Shown here piece by piece: positions 37,491 through 46,248 of a DNA stretch of 64,000 nucleotides (the first letter of the stretch is position 1; every line of letters starts with the position of its first letter). The position numbers were made by a program, and so were the translations under genes. The stretch is taken from positions 736,001-800,000 of the forward strand of contig CBDCSU010000006.1 of assembly GCA_965221775.1 (NCBI GenBank), read 5' to 3'. This DNA is from Candidatus Latescibacterota bacterium. GTDB taxonomy: Bacteria > Latescibacterota > UBA2968 > UBA8231. The notes below the pieces were generated by a model. That model ran no database searches, was not told where the DNA came from, and saw nothing but the letters and a program-made list of their open reading frames with translations.

Positions 37491-38750
37491 GTGCTCAAGA
37501 AAGCAGGGGCCAACTGGGTCGAGGGGGATCGATTCTTCGGCCGGGAGGTAGAACTCCAGGCCCTTTCCGAGCGGGTCGGGGACGGCACCCACACCCTGCT
37601 GACCGCGCAGCGACGGATGGGCAAGACGAGCCTGGTCCGGGAGCTGCTGCGCCGTCTGAAGCAGGAGGGCCGGTTCGAGACGGTCTTCGTCGACTTGGAG
37701 GACGCCGGCACCCCGGCGGACGCCGTCGCAGAGATCGGGGCCCGGTCGAGACCTGTGCAGGGCGTCTGGCGGCAACTCAAGTCCTGGTTGGTCAACAACT
37801 TATCCGAGGTAGGGATCGGCGCCCGGCTGGAGGAAATGCCCGCCCATGAGGTGTGGGTGAAGCTCCGGGCGGGGATCGACGCCGGGAACTGGCGCCAGAA
37901 GGGGGACGAGGTCTTCTCGGCCCTCGCCCAGAACGACCGCCCTGTCGTGCTCGCCATCGACGAGCTGCCGATCCTCGTCAACCGGCTGCTCAAGGGGACT
38001 GACCACCGCATTACTCCCGAGCGGCAGAGGGCGGTTGACGAGTTCATGGCCTGGCTCCGCAAGAACGGCCAGGCCCATCGGAACCGGGTCATCCTGATCC
38101 TCGCCGGCAGCGTCAGCCTGGAACCGATCCTGGCGCAGGCGGAGCTGAGCGCTCACGCCAACATCTACTCCCCTCTCGATCTGAAGCCCTGGGACGATGA
38201 GACGGCCGCCAACTGTCTGGCGGCGCTGGCGCAGACCTACGGCCTCGACCTGCCCCTCGATGTCTGCCGGGAGATGTGCCGCCGGCTGCGGTGCCAGATT
38301 CCCAACCACGTGCAGCAGTTCTTCGACAACCTCCGCGAGCACCTGCGCCGCGCCGGCCGGCGCGAGGCCACGATGGAAGACGTAGGGCGCGTGTACAACC
38401 AGATGCTCGGCGCCCGGGGGCAGATGGATCTGGAGCATTACGAGGGCCGGCTGAAGATGGTACTGGGGAGGACGGGCTATCGGACCGCGCTAGAGATTCT
38501 GACAGAGTCCGCCATCGGTGACGGCTTGCTGAGCGACGATACGATCAGCCGCTATCGCGAGTATCTCCAGGGTGAGTCCCGGGACGAGGCCGAGGCGGGT
38601 CCGGTCCCGTTGGAGGACGTGCTCCGTGTGCTCGAACACGACGGGTACCTGGCGCGGCATGGGGACGGCTACCGGTTCGTTTCCGGCCTGCTCGAAGACT
38701 GGTGGCGCGCCCGGCACAGCCGGCACTTCGTCCCCATCGAACAGCGATGA
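37491..38750 (+). CDS. STAND-like P-loop ATPase (ATPase_2/AAA_16 type) with C-terminal winged helix
   Basis: FFGREVE, Walker A AQRRMGKTS, Walker B LAIDELP, LAGS, LEHDGYL...LLEDWW; AGGAGA RBS. Confidence 0.82.
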   Translation: MLKKAGANWVEGDRFFGREVELQALSERVGDGTHTLLTAQRRMGKTSLVRELLRRLKQEGRFETVFVDLEDAGTPADAVAEIGARSRPVQGVWRQLKSWLVNNLSEVGIGARLEEMPAHEVWVKLRAGIDAGNWRQKGDEVFSALAQNDRPVVLAIDELPILVNRLLKGTDHRITPERQRAVDEFMAWLRKNGQAHRNRVILILAGSVSLEPILAQAELSAHANIYSPLDLKPWDDETAANCLAALAQTYGLDLPLDVCREMCRRLRCQIPNHVQQFFDNLREHLRRAGRREATMEDVGRVYNQMLGARGQMDLEHYEGRLKMVLGRTGYRTALEILTESAIGDGLLSDDTISRYREYLQGESRDEAEAGPVPLEDVLRVLEHDGYLARHGDGYRFVSGLLEDWWRARHSRHFVPIEQR

Positions 38751-41545
38751 CCATCCCTGTCAGGAAGTACAACCCGGGGTTCCTCACCGACGAGGAACTG
38801 ACGGCCTCGTTCTGCGTTCGGAAGGCCGAGTTCGACTCCATGACCGAGATCCTCCGCGAATGCATCGGCGCCTCGAATCCGCACCAGATCGTGATCGGCC
38901 CGCGCGGAAGCGGCAAGACCAGCCTGCTCCTGCGAGTCGCGGCCGAGGTTCGCCGGGACCCGGAGCTATCTGCCCGCTTCCAACCCGTCGTCTTTGCCGA
39001 GGAGAGCTACGAAGTCGCCAGCACCGGGGAGTTCTGGCTGGAAGCCCTCGCCCGTCTGGCGGACCAAGCGCCGGCCCGGGAGGACGCTCCGGATCTGCAC
39101 CGCACCCTGGAAGACCTGCGCACCATCCAGGACGACCAAACCCTCGGCGACCGCTGCCTCGCCGCGCTTCTCGACTTCTCCGACCGCGAGGACAAGCGGC
39201 TCGTGCTGATGGTCGAGAACCTGAACTCCATGTTCCGCGACATGTCGGACCGCGACGCCGGCTGGCGGCTGCGCAAGATCCTCCAGACCGAGCCGCGCAT
39301 CATCCTGCTCGCCAGCGCCACCAGCCGCTTTGACGAGATCGACCACCCGGACCACGCCCTCTACGACTTGCTCCGTGTCCGCACGCTGGAACCGCTCGAC
39401 ACCAAGGAGTGCCAGGTGCTGTGGGAGACAGTCTCCGGCGCTCCCCCACCGCGCCAGACGATTCGGCCTCTCGAAATCCTCACCGGCGGCAACCCGCGCC
39501 TCGTGGCCATCGTAGCCAGCTTCGGAGCAGAGCTTTCCTTCCGCGCGTTGATGGACGACCTCCTCGACCTCGTGGACGAGCATACGGAGTACTTCAAGCG
39601 CCACATTGAGGCTCTCCCCCCCCAAGAGCGGCGGGTCTACCTGGCGCTGGCGGACCTGTGGAAGCCGGCCACCACGAGGGAGATCACCGAGCGCTCGCGG
39701 ATCGATACAAGCAAGTGCAGCGCCCAGCTCACCCGCCTCATCGAGCGGGGCGTAGTCCAGGTGACCGGCGGCAGCCTGCGCCGCAAGCAGTACTACCTGA
39801 CCGAGCGGCTGTACAACATCTACTACCTGCTGCGCCGCAATGGCGGTCCCGACTCTCTGATCCAGGCCCTCATCCGGTTCATGGAGTCGTTCTACTCCCG
39901 GTCCGCCCTGAGAGACATCGGCGAGAGAATCGCCCAGGAGGGGCGAGGCCTAGACGGGGAGCGGCGATCGCTGCACCGGACGGCGCTTGAAGTGCTGGTT
40001 CAGCTACCGGGTCTGGCCGGGCATCGAGAGGAGTTGCTTGCGCTCCTTTCCGAGGACGAACACGAAGAGCTGGCGGCTGCGAAGCCGCTGTTGCACAGAG
40101 CGGTCGAGCTGCAGAAACAAGACCGGCTGGTGGAGTCGCTGGCCACCTGGGACGAGGTGGTGCGGCGGTTAGGGGACGGCCGGTCACCAGACGTCTGCCA
40201 ACTGGTCGCCATAGCCCACTACTGCAGAGGGGAGGCTCTCGGAGAGCTGGGCCGATGGGAGGAAGCACTTGCGGGACATGAGGAAGCGCTGGCCGCCTAT
40301 GGGGAGGTGGAACGGCGATGGGGCGGGGATACGGAGGTGGATGTCGAGATGGTCACCGACGCTCTTCTCAGTAAGGGGGTCGCTCTCGCCCAGCTCGACA
40401 GGACGGAGGAATCGCTTGCCGTCTTTGGGGAGGTGGTGCGGCGATTCGGCGGGTGTCCTTTGCCAGAGGTCCTCGAACAGGTCGCCGCAGCCCTCTTCTG
40501 CATGGGTGTTGCCCTCGCCATCCTGAACCGACCCGAGGAGGCACTGGCCGCGTATGAGCTGGTGGAGCGGCGACTCGGAGGGAGCGACACGGAGGAACAT
40601 CTGGCGTTGCTCGCCAGGACCATCCTCAACAAGGGTGCTGCCCTCTACGAACTGGGCCGGACCCACGAATCGCTGGCTGTCTACGAGGAGGTCGTGCGCC
40701 GATTCGAGGAGAGCGAATCACCGGATAGTCTCCAGATGGTTGCCAATGCCCTTGTCAACAAGGGCGCCGCGCTTGGCGAGCTGGAGCGGCCGGAGGAAGA
40801 ACTGGCCGCCTTTGAGGAGGTGATACAGCGATTCGGTGAGAGCGGGATACCCGCCCTTGCCGAACCGTTGGCAGTGGCCTTCACCTACAAGGGGATGACA
40901 CTGGGACAACAGAACAGGACAGAGGAAGCCCTGGCTGCTCTTGAGGAAGTTGAACGGCGTTTTGGGGCAGATGACTCCCCCCCACTGCGTGCACGGGTCG
41001 AGGAGGCGCTCCTGGAGAAAGCCGAACTCCAGCTGGAATGCCGCCGATATGAGGCAGCCGCATCTACTGCTGGCCGGGTACTCGACGAGAGCAGCACGAA
41101 ATCACTGGAGAACCGCTGGCGCGGTCACGTGATACGGGCCAAGGCGAGCCTTCGCAACGGTGATCCGACCTGCTGCCGGAGGGAGATCAAGGAAGTTCTC
41201 CGGGTCCTTCCGCAGTTCAAGACCCTGCCTGAAGAGTGCTCCTACGAACTGATGCACTTCAGCATCAGGCTCGGCCTGGAGCCCATGGTCGAACTAGTCC
41301 AGGGCTCTCCATCAGCGAACCTTCTGCTGCCGTTCACCACGGCGCTGGAACAGGAACTCGGCCGCACGCCCCGGGTGGCGCAGGAGATCGCTGAGGTTGC
41401 CTGGGACATCCGCCAGAAACTGGCGACGCTGAGAAATCTGCTAGCACAATTCGGGAGTGAGGCTACTTCTGGTATGCACGCAGATGGCATCGACAGGCAT
41501 TCCACAGATTTGGGGGTGAAGGAGAATCATGGAACACAGGACTGA
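38747..41545 (+). CDS. STAND-like ATPase + wHTH + TPR-repeat protein (NLR-like)
   Basis: GPRGSGKTS, LMVENL, LTGGNPRL (GxP), SAQLTRLIERG wHTH, then about 8 repeats of A(L)xxKGxAL..L.R.EE.LA.(Y/F)EEV.RRFG; ATGA overlap. Confidence 0.85.
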   Translation: MTIPVRKYNPGFLTDEELTASFCVRKAEFDSMTEILRECIGASNPHQIVIGPRGSGKTSLLLRVAAEVRRDPELSARFQPVVFAEESYEVASTGEFWLEALARLADQAPAREDAPDLHRTLEDLRTIQDDQTLGDRCLAALLDFSDREDKRLVLMVENLNSMFRDMSDRDAGWRLRKILQTEPRIILLASATSRFDEIDHPDHALYDLLRVRTLEPLDTKECQVLWETVSGAPPPRQTIRPLEILTGGNPRLVAIVASFGAELSFRALMDDLLDLVDEHTEYFKRHIEALPPQERRVYLALADLWKPATTREITERSRIDTSKCSAQLTRLIERGVVQVTGGSLRRKQYYLTERLYNIYYLLRRNGGPDSLIQALIRFMESFYSRSALRDIGERIAQEGRGLDGERRSLHRTALEVLVQLPGLAGHREELLALLSEDEHEELAAAKPLLHRAVELQKQDRLVESLATWDEVVRRLGDGRSPDVCQLVAIAHYCRGEALGELGRWEEALAGHEEALAAYGEVERRWGGDTEVDVEMVTDALLSKGVALAQLDRTEESLAVFGEVVRRFGGCPLPEVLEQVAAALFCMGVALAILNRPEEALAAYELVERRLGGSDTEEHLALLARTILNKGAALYELGRTHESLAVYEEVVRRFEESESPDSLQMVANALVNKGAALGELERPEEELAAFEEVIQRFGESGIPALAEPLAVAFTYKGMTLGQQNRTEEALAALEEVERRFGADDSPPLRARVEEALLEKAELQLECRRYEAAASTAGRVLDESSTKSLENRWRGHVIRAKASLRNGDPTCCRREIKEVLRVLPQFKTLPEECSYELMHFSIRLGLEPMVELVQGSPSANLLLPFTTALEQELGRTPRVAQEIAEVAWDIRQKLATLRNLLAQFGSEATSGMHADGIDRHSTDLGVKENHGTQD

Positions 41546-42611
41546 GGGGGAGACACTACTCGCCCATCTTGCCTGGAAGCTGTCCTCGCGTCACGAGGAC
41601 ATCGCGGTGGAAGCCCTTGGCTTCATCCTGAAGTCGGATTCCACACTCCGTGCGATAGAAGGGGTCTTGGAGGATGGAGGCGCGGATGTCGGGAAGATTG
41701 CCAGGATCCAGACCCAGGTCAGCGGCGATGGGGAGACGCGGCCGGACCTCGTCGGCTTTGATCAGCATGATGTGGAGTGCGTGTTGATCGAGGCGAAGTT
41801 CTGGGCCGGCCTCACGGCCAATCAGCCCAATGCGTATCTCGACAGATTGGCCCCTGGCAAAGCACTCCTGTTCGTCGCGCCTGAATCGAGGCTGGAGACG
41901 CTCTGGCCGGAGTTGCGCCGCCGGGCCGACTCTGACCGCCTGCTCTCCATCCTTGACAGGACTTCCCTCAAGAGCGCCGCGACCGATGACGGGAAGCACC
42001 TGATGATGATCAGTTGGGCGGATCTGCTCGACCGCCTCCAAGGTGCCGCCGACTCCTCCTCAAGGAACGAGATACGGCAGTTGCGGGGTCTTGTACATCG
42101 GGTGGATGACGAGAGTGGGTATCCGCCGCTCCGGCCGGAGGAGCTGGCCCCGGAGATCCCACGCCGGCTGCTCAGCCTGGAGCGCCTCATCGGCGACGCC
42201 ACGGCCCGGGCCGTGGAACAAGGATACGCGGATATCAAGGGTTTGAATGTCACCCCGTATCCGGGCGGTTACGGGCGCCCGCGCGGGTACGGACGGTATC
42301 TCTCGTTGAAGGGCGCCATCGCCTGGTTTGGCATCGGCCTCAACTGGTGGGTCCGGGGAGGATATTCGGATACCCCCCTCTGGCTTTCCTTCGGGCTATC
42401 GAAAGATGAAGGGTACAGAGCGCGCTGGCCGGACACGAGCAGGGCCCTCGAGCCGCTCAAGCGAAGGGACCCGCCCGAGTGTCTGGAAGAGAATCAGGCG
42501 CTCCTTGTCCCCATCGCCCTGCCGACTGGAGTCGAATACGACGCTGTGCTCGATGCCGTGGTTGAACGTCTCCGGGAGATCGCCGATCTCATCGACAAAC
42601 ACCGGACCTGA
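41529..42611 (+). CDS. PD-(D/E)XK nuclease superfamily protein
   Basis: HED...RPDL...LIEAKF...LTANQP.AY; overlaps the end of the TPR gene; AAGGAGA RBS. Confidence 0.75.
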   Translation: MEHRTEGETLLAHLAWKLSSRHEDIAVEALGFILKSDSTLRAIEGVLEDGGADVGKIARIQTQVSGDGETRPDLVGFDQHDVECVLIEAKFWAGLTANQPNAYLDRLAPGKALLFVAPESRLETLWPELRRRADSDRLLSILDRTSLKSAATDDGKHLMMISWADLLDRLQGAADSSSRNEIRQLRGLVHRVDDESGYPPLRPEELAPEIPRRLLSLERLIGDATARAVEQGYADIKGLNVTPYPGGYGRPRGYGRYLSLKGAIAWFGIGLNWWVRGGYSDTPLWLSFGLSKDEGYRARWPDTSRALEPLKRRDPPECLEENQALLVPIALPTGVEYDAVLDAVVERLREIADLIDKHRT

Positions 42612-42621
42612 CCAGTCACCC

Positions 42622-43764
42622 TCACTCCCACCCCGCCTCCGCCGCCAGCACCTTCACCGCCTCCACCAGCACCTCCAGCTCCGCCTCGCTGATGTAGAAC
42701 GCCACCGAGATCCGGACGCCGCTCGGATCGGTCAGGTAGGTGGCCCGCTGCACGATCTGCCAGCGGTCCTTCAGCGCCGCCGACACCTCCCCGCCGTCCA
42801 TGCCCTCGATGGCGAAGGTCACGGTGCCGGTCTGCGAGTCCCGCCGCCGTGAGCTGTGCACCAGGACGCCGGGCACGGTGTCGAGGCTCGCCTTCAGGGC
42901 CTCCGCCTTTCGCGCCGACTCGCGCTGGATCGCCTCGACGCCGCCGATGCTCTCGATGAGGTCGATCGTCGCCGCCACGCCGGCGTAGAGGGCGTAGGAG
43001 GGGGTGCTGGTGACGTACTGGGCGGCGCCTCCCTCGGGATCGTGGGGTCGGAGGAGGGGCTTCAGGCTCTGGCGCGCCTCGTCGCTGACGTAGAGGAAAC
43101 CCGTCCCGATGGGGCCGAGCATCCACTTGTAGCAGTTCGAGGCGTAGTAGTCGCAGCCCATCTCCCGCAGGTTCACGGGGATCTGGGCCACGGCGTGGCA
43201 GCCGTCCCACAGGGTGGGGACGCCCCGCTCCCGCGCCAGCCGGCAGATCTCCGGGGCCGGCACCACCAGGCCGGTGTCGGTGGTGACGTGGCTCATGCAG
43301 ATCAGGCGCGTGCGCGGGGTCAGGGCCCGCTCGGTGTGCTCGAGGGTGACCGCGGGGTCGTGGTCGATCTCGACGGCCTTCAGGACGACGCCGTAGCGCT
43401 CCTGCAGGCCGAGGACGGCCCGGTGCGGCACGGGGTGCTCCTCGCTGGTGATCAGCACCTCCTCCCCCGGCTCCCAGGACAGGCCGCCGATGACCGCCGC
43501 GATGCCGTCGGCGGTGCTCACGGTGAGGGTGAGGTCTCCCTCCTCCGCCCCGAGGAAGGCGGCCAGCCGGGTCCGTGCCGCGTCGGCTGCCTGGCTGGTC
43601 AGGGTGTACCACTCGATGGGCGGCACATGCTCCTCGTAGAGCTGGTCGAAGCCGGCCTGCACGGCGGCGTGCACCTCCCGGGACGGCAGCCCGACGCCGC
43701 CGGTGTTGAGCTGGATCCCCCGGCTCAGGCCGGGGTAGTGGGCGCGGATCTCCTCGAGGTTCAC
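42622..43764 (-). CDS. Aminotransferase class V PLP enzyme (cysteine desulfurase/isopenicillin epimerase-like)
   Basis: LNTGG, EEHP, SHV...G, DGCHA, CYKWMLGP.GTG, RIS..FY. Confidence 0.9.
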   Translation of the reverse strand: MNLEEIRAHYPGLSRGIQLNTGGVGLPSREVHAAVQAGFDQLYEEHVPPIEWYTLTSQAADAARTRLAAFLGAEEGDLTLTVSTADGIAAVIGGLSWEPGEEVLITSEEHPVPHRAVLGLQERYGVVLKAVEIDHDPAVTLEHTERALTPRTRLICMSHVTTDTGLVVPAPEICRLARERGVPTLWDGCHAVAQIPVNLREMGCDYYASNCYKWMLGPIGTGFLYVSDEARQSLKPLLRPHDPEGGAAQYVTSTPSYALYAGVAATIDLIESIGGVEAIQRESARKAEALKASLDTVPGVLVHSSRRRDSQTGTVTFAIEGMDGGEVSAALKDRWQIVQRATYLTDPSGVRISVAFYISEAELEVLVEAVKVLAAEAGWE

Positions 43765-43882
43765 GGCTCTTCCTCCCTGAGTGCGCCCGGCGACGGTCCG
43801 CCGGACGGGTTCTGCTGTCGTGGGGCCCGGGCGCCGGTGGGCCCGGCCGCGACCCTGCGGTGGCCCGCCGGACCGGTCACTG

Positions 43883-45341
43883 CTACCGGGCCGCCGGTGA
43901 GCCCGTGAGGCCCTCCACGGCTTCGGTCATCGCCTCCAGGACCGCCTCCAGGCAGCCCGGTGCCAGGCACGAGGGCTCCTCCTGGTAGAGGCCGAGGCCG
44001 TAGCGGTCCCGCGGCAGCAGGTAGGCCAGCTGCGGGGTCCCGGCCACGGGCGAGATCAGCACCGGCCGGCCGGGGAAGCGCCGCCGCAGCTCGGTCGCCA
44101 GCATCGCTGTAGGGCTCGGCGGCGCAGGTGATCCAGAGGGCGTCCCCCATCTCGTGGACGGTGAACCGATACGGACAGCGGTCGCCCGGGGGCAGCTCGG
44201 CGAGGCGCCGCAGCCACCGCCGGCAGCGCTCGGCGCGGGCGCCGGCGTCGCGCGCGGCCAGGGCGTCGCCGGCTTCGTCGGCTCGTGCCTGGTCGCGGGT
44301 GTGGCGGTCGAGGTCAGCCCTCAGCTGGTCCACGTCCGGCAAGTCCTTGAAGGGCAGGTCGACCTGAAAGCGGCCGACCGACCAGCGGCGCACCGCCTCG
44401 GCGCGGGGACCCGCCACGGGCGTCCACCCCCAGGTGCCGATGGTGGCGCCGGAGAGGACCGGCCCCTGGTAGGCGAAGTCGTGGCCGGGCGGACCGAGGC
44501 CGGCGAGGGCCGACAGGGCGGCGAAGCCCAGCTGCCGGCCGTTGCGGTCGGCCACCTCGGTGTCGCCGGTGAAGCCGTCGCGGGGCCCCAGTTCGCCGCA
44601 CAGGCCCTGGAAGTAGACGCAGGGGGTGCCGGTGTGGTCGCTGACCACCTGGCGGGCAGCGCCGACGAAGTCGGGGCTCAGGAGGCTGTTGTCCCAGGAT
44701 AGAGTCGTGGGGTGGCAGGCGTAGTGCACGAGGTGCAGGCGGGGGGTGCCGTCGAGGGCGGTGACCCGCGCCGCCACCACAAGGTCCTCGGCGGCCTCGC
44801 CGGGGTTGAAGCCGGTGACCCGGAGGTCCCGCTCCTCGTCATGGTAGTCGCGGTTGGCGGCCATGCCGCAGCGGCCCTCGGCGTAGGTGACCACGGCCTC
44901 GTCCAGGTCCTCCAGGGCGTCCCGGGCGAGGGAGCCGAGGGTCTCCCCGAGGCCGGCGAGGTAGGGCTCGATGAGGTCGCCCCCGGGCAGGGGGATGCGG
45001 TCGGGCGGGTAGAAGCCGGCGGCGTGGGTGTGGGAGAAGGTGACGACGACGCGGTCCCGGTCGACGCCGGCGGCGCGCACCAGGCCGGCCACCACCGCGT
45101 CGGTCTGGCCGTCGTCGAGCAGCACGTGGTCGAGCTGCACGCGCACCAGGCGCTCCCGCGGCCGGTCCACCGGCTCCAGGACGAGCACGTCCGCCATCAG
45201 CGGCCGGTGCACGCCGGTGGCGCGGTCGTGGCGGGCGGCGCCCCACATGCGGTGGTAGATGCCCACGGGCGGCGTGATGTCGCCGTGGGCGTGGCCCAGG
45301 CGCAGCACCGACGTGGGCGTGGGAACGAGCGTCGTCGACAT
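43883..45341 (-). pseudogene. Neutral/alkaline ceramidase-like hydrolase with a 1-nt frameshift near 44105 (pseudogene or sequencing error)
   Basis: DITPP, SHTHAA, YACHPT, QGLCGE; coding-biased frame switches at ...EPYS/MLATELRRRFP...GLYQE, ending at 43883. Confidence 0.7.
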
Positions 45342-45408
45342 GGAATCCCTCCGGCTCCGGGCGGCTCAAGCTGTGGCGGCGGTTCGATCGTGGCAATAGG
45401 ATCTGAGA

Positions 45409-46248
45409 ATGCCCGCGCCCGTGGAGCACCTGATCTTCCTCATCCACCCCTGCTGCTACGAGCCGGTCGAGGCCGAGCGCATAGAGCGGGAAGGGCTGCG
45501 GCTCTTTCTCGAGCGGGAGGAGGAGGTGAAGGCGCGCTGGCTGGCCGACCTCTCCGCCGGGGGCGAGGCCACCCTCTTCGCGCAGCTCGGGGGGCCGGAG
45601 TACCTGCGCGACGCGGCGGCCGAGTCCCTCGGGGAGACGGGAGCCCTGCTGCTGCGGAGCCCCTTCCCCGAGAGCGGGCATCTGGACGAGTACTACCGCC
45701 GACTGCGGGACGAGCTGCTGGAGCACCTGGACCGCCACGATCTCACCCTCGACCGGGAGACCGTGGCCTCCGAGTTGTGGGGCGAGTCCTTCGAGGGCTG
45801 CGTCCCCGGGTACGGCGGCGCCTTCGCCCATCACCTGGGACTGCAGCGGGCGCCGCGGATGCGCTTCGAGATGACCGTGTACGACTCCCGCTTTTTGCAC
45901 CGGGCGCGCCGCCGGGAGAGCCTGGCCCTGCCCGGAAGCGATGTCGAGGCCTGGCTCTTCGAGTGCCACGACGGCACCGGCGCCGCCACCTTCCAGCCGC
46001 GCCTCACGCCCCAGTGGCTGGACCGCCGGCGCCTGTGGCTGAGGCTGAACGACCGCCGCCACCAGCTCTGCGACAAGCAGGGCCACGCCGTGTGGCCGGT
46101 CTCCCCCTGGGAGAAGGGGAAGCCCGAGGGCGAGCACAATGTCACGGTGGCGATGAAGGAGTGGATCAACCGCTGGGTGCGGGGCGTGGGCACCGGCATC
46201 GACGAGTTCCGCGCCGTCGTCGAGGCGGCGCGCCTGACGGCCCCGTGA
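45409..46248 (+). CDS. Hypothetical protein
   Basis: 279-aa ORF with host codon bias, GTGA-coupled to the Lhr gene; LIHP and WGESFEGCV motifs. Confidence 0.65.
   Translation: MPAPVEHLIFLIHPCCYEPVEAERIEREGLRLFLEREEEVKARWLADLSAGGEATLFAQLGGPEYLRDAAAESLGETGALLLRSPFPESGHLDEYYRRLRDELLEHLDRHDLTLDRETVASELWGESFEGCVPGYGGAFAHHLGLQRAPRMRFEMTVYDSRFLHRARRRESLALPGSDVEAWLFECHDGTGAATFQPRLTPQWLDRRRLWLRLNDRRHQLCDKQGHAVWPVSPWEKGKPEGEHNVTVAMKEWINRWVRGVGTGIDEFRAVVEAARLTAP

Larger units (their letters stand above)
33394..42621. mobile_element. Lower-GC defence island (AbiE-like pair, nuclease, ATPase remnants, STAND module); boundaries approximate
   Basis: Compositional shift and contiguous conflict-type genes between host genes; no integrase seen. 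Confidence 0.7.

Noticed and set aside
40080-41000. TPR-coding repeats as a diversity-generating retroelement target
   Set aside because: Repeats differ at all base types rather than only at adenines, and no reverse transcriptase or template repeat is in the window.
44712-46244. N-terminal 511-aa extension of Lhr in the ORF track (2127 aa)
   Set aside because: It overlaps two better-supported genes; Lhr similarity begins at GTG 46245, coupled to the upstream stop. The same reasoning was used to trim starts at 714, 2348, 5256, 26942, 27971, 32260, 53289, 60067 and 63518.
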